A stretch of DNA of 64,000 bases, from NCBI GenBank assembly GCA_965199495.1, contig CBDASK010000003.1, positions 2,656,001 to 2,720,000 of the forward strand. Direction: 5' to 3'. Under the pieces are notes generated by a model. That model saw nothing but the letters and a program-made list of their open reading frames with translations, was not told the DNA's origin and made no database searches. Within the stretch, counting starts at the first letter, position 1. Each line of letters opens with the position of its first letter. The stretch is from Abditibacterium sp. (GTDB lineage: Bacteria > Armatimonadota > Abditibacteriia > Abditibacteriales > Abditibacteriaceae). Shown one piece after another: positions 10,375 through 19,851 of this stretch. The translations under genes were made by a program, and so were the position numbers.

Positions 10375-11232
10375 CTACGGAGTTACAGCAGGAGTAACGC
10401 CATTCGCTTTCAGGATTTTATCGAAGAATAAAACGTGATAAGGCAGGGAATTCTGCCAGTAGTCCCAGGTGTGTTCGCCCGGTCGCTCGGAGTAGTCGTG
10501 CGGAATTTTGTTGGCGACTAAACGTTGGTGCAAGTCGCGGTTGTAGCTGATCAAAAAATCGTCCACGCCACAATCAATGATAAGGGGCAAGCCGTTGGTT
10601 TTCATTTTATCAACCATGTTAATGACGGCGTTGGCGGCGTAATAGTCGGGAGTAGCGCCCCTTGGGCCAAGCACGGTTTTAAATTCGTCCGTGTAGCCGG
10701 TCATGCTGCCGATGTCTACGGCGCCGCTCATGCTGCCCGCCGCGCAAAAGAGATCGGGATGGCGCGTCGCCAAATATAGCGCGCCATGACCGCCCATCGA
10801 AAGGCCCGTTATCACGCGACCTTTTTTGTTGGCCACGGTGCGATAAGAGGCGTCTATTTTAGGAATGACTTCTTGGATAATATGCGTTTCAAATTGGCTT
10901 GCTTTGTTGACCGGGCTATCCAGATAAAACCCGAAAGTTTCGCCTTCGGGCATGACAATAATGAGATTATATTGATCGGCCAAATGGGGCACGAGCCTTT
11001 TATCGGGCGTTTTGTTCAACCAGTCATCGTAGTGGCCGTAGGCTCCGTGCAACAAATACAAAACCGGATAAGACGCCTGATTTTTCGCATAAGAATCGGG
11101 CAACACCACGTTCGCCCGGTAGGTCTTGTTCATCGAAGCGCTGGGAATATCCAGCGTTTCGACGCGGGCCGCCATGCTGGGAAGCTGAACCAAAAGGGCC
11201 ATGACAAAACAAAGGAAAAAGCGCATATTCAT
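10375..11232 (-). CDS. Secreted alpha/beta-hydrolase esterase (S-formylglutathione hydrolase/CE1-like)
   Basis: Signal peptide; YPVLYLLHG, GLSMGG nucleophile elbow, DCGVDD and GEHTWDYW motifs; ATG at 11232. Confidence 0.88.
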   Translation of the reverse strand: MNMRFFLCFVMALLVQLPSMAARVETLDIPSASMNKTYRANVVLPDSYAKNQASYPVLYLLHGAYGHYDDWLNKTPDKRLVPHLADQYNLIIVMPEGETFGFYLDSPVNKASQFETHIIQEVIPKIDASYRTVANKKGRVITGLSMGGHGALYLATRHPDLFCAAGSMSGAVDIGSMTGYTDEFKTVLGPRGATPDYYAANAVINMVDKMKTNGLPLIIDCGVDDFLISYNRDLHQRLVANKIPHDYSERPGEHTWDYWQNSLPYHVLFFDKILKANGVTPAVTP

Positions 11233-11293
11233 AGTATGGCAGCAAATTATTTGGAGTGAGAGAAGAGCGCCATCAATTGCCAGCGCCGCGTGT

Positions 11294-12226
11294 TTAATTT
11301 TCACCAAGTCCAAACTTTCCGCCAACTTCTAATCTCGCGCCGCGTGCCCAATCTGCCGCGTTCATACGCGGTTTGCCGGGCGCTTGCACTTCCAACAGTT
11401 GAACCGACCCAGCCGCCGTGGCTACTATCGGCCCGGCCTTATCCAATTCTAAAATCGTGCCCGTTTCACCCACTTTATCGGCGATTCGCGCGCGATATAT
11501 TCTGAGCGGCGCGCCGCCAAACTCACAAAACGCGACAGGCCACGCGCTCCACGCGCGCGCAGTGTTGACGATGCACTCGGCGCTCATCGTCCACTCTATT
11601 TTGGCGTCGTCTTTCTCGATTTGCGGCGCCAGCGTCACTTCACTTTCATTCTGTGGCACGCGCGGCGCGGTTCCGCTTTCGAGCATCGCGAACGTTTCGA
11701 CCAAAACGCGCGCGCCGATTTCGTTCAAGCGCGGAAACAGTTCGTCGGCGGTTTCGCCGTTTTCAATCGGAACTTCGACTTGCTGGATAACATCGCCCGC
11801 GTCCAACTTCGCCGCCATCCATTGCGTCGTCACGCCAGTTACGGTGTCGCCGTTCCAAATCGCGTATTGGACGGGCGCGGCGCCGCGCCAACGCGGCAAA
11901 AGCGAATAATGCAAGTTGACGCAGCCACGCGGCGCCATGTCCAAAATCGCTTGCGGCAAAATCTGGCCGAACGCCACAACGGCAATCGCATCGGGCGCAA
12001 ACGCGGCGAGTTCTTCGATAAATTCTTCATCGCGCGCGCGCCGTGGCTGCAAGACGGGCACGCCGATTTCGAGCGCGCGTTGTTTAACCGGCGGCGCGAT
12101 AAGTTTATGGCCGCGCCCGCCGATTTTATCGGGCTGACTCACAGCCACGGCGATCTGGTGATGCTGCGCGAGCGCGTCCAGACACGGCATGGCGAGGGCG
12201 GGCGTGCCCATAAATGCGATTTTCAT
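11294..12226 (-). CDS. fmt: Methionyl-tRNA formyltransferase
   Basis: MKIAFMGTP start at 12226; NLHYSLLPRWRGAAP and KLDAGD motifs. Confidence 0.95.
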   Translation of the reverse strand: MKIAFMGTPALAMPCLDALAQHHQIAVAVSQPDKIGGRGHKLIAPPVKQRALEIGVPVLQPRRARDEEFIEELAAFAPDAIAVVAFGQILPQAILDMAPRGCVNLHYSLLPRWRGAAPVQYAIWNGDTVTGVTTQWMAAKLDAGDVIQQVEVPIENGETADELFPRLNEIGARVLVETFAMLESGTAPRVPQNESEVTLAPQIEKDDAKIEWTMSAECIVNTARAWSAWPVAFCEFGGAPLRIYRARIADKVGETGTILELDKAGPIVATAAGSVQLLEVQAPGKPRMNAADWARGARLEVGGKFGLGEN

Positions 12227-12322
12227 AAAGCGAATCGATGAGTTTGGCACAACGGCGGTGCAGACTCTATTGCGGGACGTGCGCGCCCTGACTTTTTGGT
12301 CGAATTGCAGTAAATTAACTGG

Positions 12323-13528
12323 ATGTCTTTGCGTTCTTTCTTTTCTCGTGCGCGCCCTTCCGATGCCGACCCAACAGCAGCCACGGCGTCTCCGTTGAGC
12401 GGCGAATGTCACGCCCTCGCCGCTGCTTACAATGCTTTGGGCTGGGATGTGCTTGAGCGTTTGGTCGCGGCAGATAGCCGGAAGAACTGCTTGATTTCGC
12501 CTTTGAGCATCGCCGTTTGTTTGATGATGGTGCAAGTCGGTGCGGCGCGCGAAACTCGCAACGAAATGACGCAACTCTTGCGCGTCGGCGATTTGAGTGA
12601 GGCGGCGATAGATCAGGCGACGCCACTTTTTTTGGCTTCGTTGCGCGCGCCCAACGAAATCGAACTGCGCGTCGCCAACTCGTTGTGGGTCAACAAAAAC
12701 ATTCAACTGGCGGCGCCGTTTGCGCGCCGTTGTCAGCAGATTTTCGAGGCCCGCGCCTCCTCGCTCGACTTCGCGGCGCCCGCATCGGTCGCGCGCATCA
12801 ACGATTGGGTGAGCGCGGCTACGCACGGCAAAATTGATCGCATCGTCGAAAAATTGGAGCCACTCGATTTTCTGTTTTTGATTAACGCCGTTTATTTTCG
12901 CGGCGATTGGCTCGATCCCTTCGAGAAACGAAACACCAAGGCCGAGACTTTTCACGCTCCGTCGGGCGCAACGCCAGTCGAGATGATGAACCGGCGCGCC
13001 CATTTTCGTTATCTGGAAAACGCGGTCTGCCAGATGGTCGCGTTGCCCTACGGCGGCAAACGCTTCGCGCTTTATCTGTTGTTGCCGCGCCCGAATTCAA
13101 GCGTCGCCGCAGTGCTTCAACGCATCAGGCCAAACGATTTGAATTCTGACATCACCAAAATGCAGCGGTGCGAAGGCCGCGTGAGTTTGCCGCGCTTCAA
13201 GATGAACTACGACGTAGATTTATCCAAATGTCTTCAGGCGTTGGGAATGCGCGAGGCTTTCGATGAACGCCGCGCCGATTTCTCGCCGATGAGCGCCGAA
13301 CCGCTCTTCGTCGGCGCGGTGATTCACAAAACCGTGTTCGATCTGGACGAAACCGGAACCGAAGCCGCCGCCGTCACCGCCGCCAAAATTGTGGGGAGTA
13401 TGGCGCCAGCGACTCCGCCGCAACCGTTTGAGTTCATCGCCAATCACCCGTTTGCGCTGATATTGCGGGACGATTGGAGCGGAGCCTGGCTGTTCGCGGG
13501 CCTGTTGAACGCGCCATCGAGCGACTAA
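12323..13528 (+). CDS. Serpin (serine protease inhibitor family)
   Basis: NCLISPLSI, INAVYFRGDW, hinge DETGTEAAAVT and FIANHPF serpin signature. Confidence 0.93.
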   Translation: MSLRSFFSRARPSDADPTAATASPLSGECHALAAAYNALGWDVLERLVAADSRKNCLISPLSIAVCLMMVQVGAARETRNEMTQLLRVGDLSEAAIDQATPLFLASLRAPNEIELRVANSLWVNKNIQLAAPFARRCQQIFEARASSLDFAAPASVARINDWVSAATHGKIDRIVEKLEPLDFLFLINAVYFRGDWLDPFEKRNTKAETFHAPSGATPVEMMNRRAHFRYLENAVCQMVALPYGGKRFALYLLLPRPNSSVAAVLQRIRPNDLNSDITKMQRCEGRVSLPRFKMNYDVDLSKCLQALGMREAFDERRADFSPMSAEPLFVGAVIHKTVFDLDETGTEAAAVTAAKIVGSMAPATPPQPFEFIANHPFALILRDDWSGAWLFAGLLNAPSSD

Positions 13529-13534
13529 TGTTTT

Positions 13535-14155
13535 CTATCTCTTGCCGCGTTCGATGCGTTCGGCCAACGCTTCCGAAATATGCAAATTCTCTGGCAATCG
13601 CTTCGATTTGTAGGCGTCCTTGATTTTGTCGCGCGTGGTGCGGCGCAGCAAAACGGTTTCTTCGCCTTCGTCGTCCAAACCTTCGATAAGCCAGACGATG
13701 GACTCGACTTCGGCGCGCTCCAGATACATGATGCCATCCAAATGATCGGTTTCGTGCTGAATACAGGTCGCGGCGCGCCCGGTGTCCTCTGAATCTTCCA
13801 AAGTCCATTCGACGGGCTTATTATTTTCGTCGCGGCCCATCACCGTTACGCGTTTGGCGCGTTTGACTTGCGCTTGCACGCCGGGAATCGAAAGGCAACC
13901 TTCGTCGTTTTTGACTTCGCCCGAACGTTTGACGATTTTTGGATTGATCAACGCGTGCTTGTCGTCGCCGACGCGAAACACGAAAATACGCTTGGAAACG
14001 CCGACTTGCGGCGCGGCCAAACCGGCGCCGTCGGCGGCTTCCATCGTCTCGAACATGTCTTTGATCAGTTTCTTGTCGGCGGGCGTCAGCCGGTCAACGG
14101 CGGCGGCTTTCTTGCGCAAAATTGGGTCGCCCCAAATGCGAATCGGTAAAATCAT
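13535..14155 (-). CDS. def: Peptide deformylase
   Basis: GAGLAAPQVG, EGCLS and QHETDHLDG motifs; ATG at 14155. Confidence 0.95.
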   Translation of the reverse strand: MILPIRIWGDPILRKKAAAVDRLTPADKKLIKDMFETMEAADGAGLAAPQVGVSKRIFVFRVGDDKHALINPKIVKRSGEVKNDEGCLSIPGVQAQVKRAKRVTVMGRDENNKPVEWTLEDSEDTGRAATCIQHETDHLDGIMYLERAEVESIVWLIEGLDDEGEETVLLRRTTRDKIKDAYKSKRLPENLHISEALAERIERGKR

Positions 14156-14209
14156 AATGAGGAAAGGATAAAGGCTAAAGGTCAACGCATAAAGGGGCGA
14201 GTGCGGATT

Positions 14210-15418
14210 TTAGTTTTTCGCGTCGCTTTCGGCCCCAGTCGTTTCACGGCTTTGATGCCATGCCTTTTCGAGTTCGTCCAACCGATTGGTCTCATATTCG
14301 GGGGCGCCCAGTTTCGCGACTTTTTCGCGCGCGGCGGCGATGTCGCTGGTTTCGAGCGTGCCCAGCACCAACTTGAAGTGGCACGTCTGACGCGCCAAAC
14401 GCGCTTCGCGCGCGAGTTGGCCGTTGCCCTCGATCCATTTCGTCTCGTTCTCGACCAATTTCAACGCTTGGTCGGGCGAACCCAGACGCCAATAAGTCAT
14501 CATCCAGGTGCGAAAGAAGTATTCGTTGGGGAAACGCGCGTGCGCGAAAAACTCGTCAATGGCGCGCTTAAAATTATCGCCCGCGTCCTCGCGATTCAGC
14601 AGAAATCCCGTGTGAGCCAGCCACATCCGAATTTCTGGCTCGAACTCGTCTTGCTTGATTTCTGCGGAAATTTCTTGCGCACGCTTCGCCAACGCCTCGA
14701 CTTCGCGGGCGCGATCCAGAAAATCTTCGACGCCCACGAAACCTTGTTGAACCGGCACGACCTCTGATTCTTCGGTCAAAGTCGCCGCGTCAATCAACTT
14801 TTCGGCGGGCCACTCCGCCTGCATTTCGACTTCGCACTGCGACAACAGCGACTGAAATAAATGATGTTTGTTGTCGGCGCGCTCGCACTCAGCCACGTCG
14901 CGGCGGCCCAACTCCAACGCTTCGTCGTCGCGCCCGCAATCGAACAGAAAATCGCGCCTCAAACCCTGAATGCACAAATAACACTCGGTTTCGCGCGAAG
15001 TTTCACGCTCCATATAATCCAACGCCTCTTCGATAATGCGGGCGTGGCCGCGCGCGTCAATGCCGACGAACGACGAAATCAAATCTTCCTGCAAGCAGAC
15101 GCGCTGCGGCAACGTGGCGTAAGCGGGTTTGCGCGCCTCGACGGCCACGCGCGCGGCCAAATCGCGCGCCTTGTTATAATCGCGCTGTTTGTTGAGCAGA
15201 TTTTGCAACTTCCAATGCTCGAAGAACAGCGTCCACCAACCGTCGCCCAGCGCGTGCGCGCGCATCCGGCCTTCTTCGAGGGCGGCGAACGCGGCCTGCG
15301 GGTTATCGTCGTCCACTTTCATCGCGTGACGGTGCAGCCAATAAAGTTCGAGGCGCGAATCGTCGCCCTTTTCGCGATGTTCTTCGACGGAGTCGTAAAG
15401 CCAATTCCAGATATTCAT
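14210..15418 (-). CDS. Hypothetical alpha-helical (TPR-like) protein
   Basis: Long ORF with helical, acidic composition; co-oriented between the peptidase gene and def. Confidence 0.65.
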   Translation of the reverse strand: MNIWNWLYDSVEEHREKGDDSRLELYWLHRHAMKVDDDNPQAAFAALEEGRMRAHALGDGWWTLFFEHWKLQNLLNKQRDYNKARDLAARVAVEARKPAYATLPQRVCLQEDLISSFVGIDARGHARIIEEALDYMERETSRETECYLCIQGLRRDFLFDCGRDDEALELGRRDVAECERADNKHHLFQSLLSQCEVEMQAEWPAEKLIDAATLTEESEVVPVQQGFVGVEDFLDRAREVEALAKRAQEISAEIKQDEFEPEIRMWLAHTGFLLNREDAGDNFKRAIDEFFAHARFPNEYFFRTWMMTYWRLGSPDQALKLVENETKWIEGNGQLAREARLARQTCHFKLVLGTLETSDIAAAREKVAKLGAPEYETNRLDELEKAWHQSRETTGAESDAKN

Positions 15419-15448
15419 AGAGTTCACGATTGGCAAGCAATTAACCAC

Positions 15449-17479
15449 TCATTGAATGCCCTCGCGCGCCCAGCGATTCCACAGTTCCTGCTGGCCGATG
15501 CCCAGCACGCTACGAAACGCGGTTTCGGGCGGCAGATCGCGCCCGATCTGGCGCAGAATTTCTAAAACCGCGTTTTTGCCCCACTTCGCCACGATGTAAT
15601 CCACAATCGAGTTGGCCTGCGAATACGCTAAAAACGCGCGCTCGCCGTCCACATTCCACGCCATCATTTCGTCCATGCCCAAAAGCGTGTTGTTATTGGC
15701 GGCGCGGCGCACGCGACTGATGTAACCATCGTAGCCGCCTTCGACGGCGGTCGCGATGCCTTCGTTGAACCAGACCGGAACCTGACGAGCGCGCGACAGG
15801 TTGCGCACGGCGACGTGGCCGTATTCGTGGGCGATAGTGCCAAACAGTGCGTCGGGATTGTCAGTGAAAGAATTAATCTCTTCGCCCAAAACGACTGGGC
15901 CATTGCGCGTCGAAACCAGTTTCGTCAGCGTTAAAGCGGCGACGAATTCATTGCCGCCCTGATCGGAAAATTGCGTGGTGTAGCGCGCGAATTCGTTCTG
16001 GTTGCGCCACAGCAAAACTTCGGTATTGCCCATCGGAATCCCAAAATCCGCATAAACCGTGTGTTGCGCTTCTTCGAGCGCCGCCAACATCGTCACGGCG
16101 TTGGGATCGCCGGGATAGAGCCGCACGGTGAAAAGTTCCGAACGCACGATGTTGGGTGGCTTGATGCGGCTCAGGCGATCACGCTCGCTCAAATGTTCGC
16201 TCAGCAGTTGCGCCCACGCCGCGTCGTCGCCGCGCGCGGGCGAAATCAGTTGCAATCGGTTCGCTTCGAGGGCCATCGCGCGCGCGTTATCGTCGTAGCC
16301 CCAGCGAGAGAATTCCAGTCCCAATCGCAGCGCCGTCAAAACTTCGGGTTGCGCCTGTTGCTGGGCTTGCAAGGCGTTAATCAAATAATTCGGATGATCC
16401 AGCCCCAACCCGATGCTTGTTTCCGATTGCTGCTGTTGCAGCACGATTTTTTCGGGATCGAGTGCGCGATTGGCTTCGGCCTCGCGCAGAGCAGGGGCGC
16501 CGACCAAGCCGGGTTGCAAAAGTTCGGCTTTGCGCAGTTCGTCGGCGGATTCGCCCCACAAGCCGACGTTTGACAGCGCCTGAGCGAACTCTTTGTGCGC
16601 ACCCGCGCGGCCAAACGAAAACTCGTTGGCGTCGTTCATGCGATCGCGCAAAAGCGTCGCACTGGCGTCGGCGGCGGGAGTGATGCGGCGCGCGCGGTCG
16701 AAGGCGCTACCGACGCCGCTCCAATCGCTGGCGCCGCGTTGCAACAGAAAATGGCCGGTCACCGTGCCCGTGCCGGGCGCACTGGCGAATTGCCGTTGCA
16801 ACCAATCGCGCGTTTCTGAAGGGTCGCGCGTCGAAACGCGGCTAAAACCGCCGACACGGTCGCGAATGATGCCGTTCCAACGTTGCGAACGCAGGGCAAT
16901 CCAGCGCCCGCCAACGCGCGAGGCCACCAAATCCAAAACCGCGTCGCCCCTGCCAACGCCCTCGTCCCATTCGGCGCCCGCGCGCTGCAACAGCGCTTCG
17001 ATGGCATCAGTCGGCGCGGGAAAGCGTTGACCGGGAATCGCGAAACCGCCGCCGGGCACGCGCGCCAACCACAACTCCTGCGTGCCGCTCGATAGAGCCA
17101 CCGGCACCGCGCGCACAATCGAAATCGCGTAACGCTCGCGCACGAGCGCGCCCACCGGGGAAATCGCGATTTGCACGATTTGCGTCTGCACCTGCACCGG
17201 CGAACTATCGGCGGGCAAACCCGCGCCAAACAGCGCCAGAGCATTGACATCGCGATTGCGCGCCGCCTCGTCGAGGCGGCTCAAGGTCGCGCGAATCGCG
17301 CTGACATCTTCGGCACTGCCGCCGGTTTGCGCCAACGGCAAGTTGACCGGAATATCGAGCGGTTGCGGCGCCTGTTGCGCGTGACCAATGCTCGCGATGC
17401 AAAGCAGCCAGCAAACGAGCAAAAGCCGCGCGAACTGTTCGCGCGGCTGAAATTGCGAGGATGAAAATGAACGACGCAT
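15449..17479 (-). CDS. Exported peptidase MA-superfamily (gluzincin-like) protein
   Basis: Signal-like N-terminus; C-terminal IAHEYGH...PVWFNEGIA zinc motif; start uncertain (17479 or 17563). Confidence 0.75.
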   Translation of the reverse strand: MRRSFSSSQFQPREQFARLLLVCWLLCIASIGHAQQAPQPLDIPVNLPLAQTGGSAEDVSAIRATLSRLDEAARNRDVNALALFGAGLPADSSPVQVQTQIVQIAISPVGALVRERYAISIVRAVPVALSSGTQELWLARVPGGGFAIPGQRFPAPTDAIEALLQRAGAEWDEGVGRGDAVLDLVASRVGGRWIALRSQRWNGIIRDRVGGFSRVSTRDPSETRDWLQRQFASAPGTGTVTGHFLLQRGASDWSGVGSAFDRARRITPAADASATLLRDRMNDANEFSFGRAGAHKEFAQALSNVGLWGESADELRKAELLQPGLVGAPALREAEANRALDPEKIVLQQQQSETSIGLGLDHPNYLINALQAQQQAQPEVLTALRLGLEFSRWGYDDNARAMALEANRLQLISPARGDDAAWAQLLSEHLSERDRLSRIKPPNIVRSELFTVRLYPGDPNAVTMLAALEEAQHTVYADFGIPMGNTEVLLWRNQNEFARYTTQFSDQGGNEFVAALTLTKLVSTRNGPVVLGEEINSFTDNPDALFGTIAHEYGHVAVRNLSRARQVPVWFNEGIATAVEGGYDGYISRVRRAANNNTLLGMDEMMAWNVDGERAFLAYSQANSIVDYIVAKWGKNAVLEILRQIGRDLPPETAFRSVLGIGQQELWNRWAREGIQ

Positions 17480-17597
17480 CAAAGGAAAACCAGAAGAAAA
17501 AAGCTCAATCTTTGACGAACGTCGCGGCCCAGAGTTGCCGGGGGAAACCGTCGGTTTTGTCAACGATCCCGACGTTTACCGACAGGTCGTTCCGTTA

Positions 17598-17840
17598 TCA
17601 GTTGTTCAGGAGCGGCATCACTCTACTGAGAGTTACGCAGTTGGCCCGCGTCTGTCATTTCGAGCGGAGCCGAGAAATCTTGTGCCCGCGCGGCAGCGCA
17701 GTTCAAGCGACTTTCACGTTTAGACTTATGCATCATCTCCGATGGCGCGGGGCCGCAAGATTTCTCGGCTCCGCTCAAAATGACAGACGCGAGCCAACTG
17801 CGTAACTCTCAGTAGAGTGATGCCGCTCCTGAACAACTGA
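17598..17840. repeat. Intergenic MITE/REP-like element, family D, copy 1, with long outer arms
   Basis: 85-bp arms 17598-17682 and 17756-17840 (2 mismatches); core TGTCATTTCGAGCG..GAGAAATCT and the interior are shared with the copies at 56176 and 58648. Confidence 0.95.
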
Positions 17841-17868
17841 AACACTGATAACTAAACCTTTGCCGACG

Positions 17869-19230
17869 CTACTCTTTGGATTTGGCGACTGTTTTGGCGA
17901 CTGTCTTTTCGTCGCCCTCTTCCGCCGTTTTGCGCCGTTTATTGCGCCGCAAACGCTTGCCGCGATGATAGGCCACGGTGCGCCGCGCGATAAAACATTC
18001 GTATTCGTCGCGCAACCGCATCACGACTTCTTGATCGGTCAGCGTCGGATGCTGCGCGATGAGGCGCGCCACAACGTCGGTTTTGCTCTGGCACAGGAAA
18101 ATCAGCTCGATTTTGCCCCATTGCGTTTCGACAAATTTCTTGCGAATCAAACGCGAAACCATCGAAGGATGCTCGCCCAGATCGCGCGCCAAAGCCGCTT
18201 GCGCCAAGGGCTTGAGTTTGCGCACATCGCCGGTTTCGAGATATTCGGTTTGCAATTCGCAAAGTTGCGTAATCAAACGCGAAAGCGCCGACAATCGTTG
18301 ATTGATATAGCGGGCGCGCATCAACAAATCGCGGGCGTCTTCGGGCGCATCTTTCTTGAGGTCTTTAATCGCGCCCGGCTTGATGCGATAACGCTGCGTG
18401 TAAACCGAATCGTGATGAAACTGAATTGACAGTTCGCCATCAACGACCTGCACGAAAGCCACCGGCTCATCGTTGGAGTTGACCGCGCGCGCGGGTTGGG
18501 CTTTACGGTCGGGCATTTGGCCCGAACCTTCGTAACCCTGCGCCAGATAAACGCGGTCGGCGGCCTCCAAAACTTCCTCGGCTTCCAATGCCGAACACTC
18601 GAAATGCTGCGCCAATGTCTCCGCCGTGGCTTCTCCGCTCAGCACCAAATCGAGAAATTCCTGTTCCGAAACATCATAACGCTCGACAAAGCGGCGCGTG
18701 GTCTCGATGATCTCGGTCAAATCCACCAGCGAAGCGCCTGACATCGTGTCGTCCATCGAAGGCCGCTCACCGCCGCCGCTATTACCGCCGCTCGACAAAA
18801 CGCCCGCCATATTGGAGGCGCCGGTTGAGGTTAAATAACGCAGAAAACGCAGCGTATCGCCGACGGGCGCGCCATACTTTTCGGCGATTTCGGGCGCGCG
18901 TTCCATCGCGTGCGGCGACAGAAAATCGCGCTCCCACTCGTCATGGTTGGTGATGCCGAAGAACTTCAAAAAGTCCATCATCTGCTCATCCATGAACGCT
19001 TCGTATTTCTCGCGCGGAATTTTGCCGCGCAACCGCACTTTGGCGATTACGCCGTCCGACATCAAGCGGTCGAAAGCCGGATGAGTTTCCAGCGAATCCA
19101 CGTAGGAACGAAACTCTTTCTCGCTCTGCGAAAGCAGCGAAACATATTCGGTCGGCGGACGGCGCATTCGCATCGCCATATCGTCGCGCATATCGCCCCG
19201 AAAAGAAGAGCGCATTGAAGCAGAAGCCAT
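17869..19230 (-). CDS. Divergent sigma-54 (RpoN)-like factor
   Basis: C-terminal half follows the RpoN DNA-binding region: LKPLAQAALARDLGEHPSMVSR...KFVETQWG...IARRTVAYHR (canonical RpoN box ARRTVAKYR). Confidence 0.8.
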   Translation of the reverse strand: MASASMRSSFRGDMRDDMAMRMRRPPTEYVSLLSQSEKEFRSYVDSLETHPAFDRLMSDGVIAKVRLRGKIPREKYEAFMDEQMMDFLKFFGITNHDEWERDFLSPHAMERAPEIAEKYGAPVGDTLRFLRYLTSTGASNMAGVLSSGGNSGGGERPSMDDTMSGASLVDLTEIIETTRRFVERYDVSEQEFLDLVLSGEATAETLAQHFECSALEAEEVLEAADRVYLAQGYEGSGQMPDRKAQPARAVNSNDEPVAFVQVVDGELSIQFHHDSVYTQRYRIKPGAIKDLKKDAPEDARDLLMRARYINQRLSALSRLITQLCELQTEYLETGDVRKLKPLAQAALARDLGEHPSMVSRLIRKKFVETQWGKIELIFLCQSKTDVVARLIAQHPTLTDQEVVMRLRDEYECFIARRTVAYHRGKRLRRNKRRKTAEEGDEKTVAKTVAKSKE

Positions 19231-19452
19231 GATATTTTAGAAAGAAATTGAACGAGCTTTGCGCAAATTTAAGCCGTAAGGCTTCTCACTATTATAACAC
19301 ATTGGCCGAAAAAACGGCGAAGAGGTTGCGTTCTCATTTTCTTCAAAGTTAAACGCGCGATTGGCGAAGCGGTTGCCATAAGAAACGCAAGCTGCCTAAC
19401 TTTCAGTTTTTCTCTTTGCTGGGGCATTTCAAGTCGCTCTCCCTTTAGAACG

Positions 19453-19851
19453 ATGACGCAACGAACGCTCGATATTACTCTGCCAATGCAAAACATTTCC
19501 GTTTGGTTCGACAGTCTACATTTGGTCTTCAAATGTTTAATTATTTTCGCCTGTCTGCCAGCGTTATTTTTTATGATGGGAGTAGTGGTCTTTTTGCAAG
19601 AGCAGCCGGGCGAAAGTTTTTGGGGCACGGACAAACCCAAATTTTGGATCGTCGTATTTGGCACAACAATGATTGGCGCTATCGCGTCGCTGATACTTGG
19701 CGCCATCTTTGGACTTACGTTCTTACTTTTCGGATTCTTCGAGCGAATCGGTTTCGCGAGCGGTTGGAGTTGGGGTTTGGCTTTTACAACGAGTCTCATC
19801 GGCATTCTCGCGACTATTATTTATTTCATAGAAATTCGTTCTCACAAGTGA
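19453..19851 (+). CDS. Small hypothetical membrane protein
   Basis: Three hydrophobic segments; fills the gap between the rpoN-like gene and recQ. Confidence 0.6.
   Translation: MTQRTLDITLPMQNISVWFDSLHLVFKCLIIFACLPALFFMMGVVVFLQEQPGESFWGTDKPKFWIVVFGTTMIGAIASLILGAIFGLTFLLFGFFERIGFASGWSWGLAFTTSLIGILATIIYFIEIRSHK

Noticed and set aside
12243..12262. TTTGGCACAACGGCGGTGCA considered as a sigma-54 promoter for the serpin
   Set aside because: The GG-to-GC spacing is not the required 10 nt.
12227..13003. 569-aa ORF suggesting a large N-terminal fusion on Fmt
   Set aside because: The extension is the antisense of the serpin gene; Fmt homology starts at MKIAFMGTP (12226).
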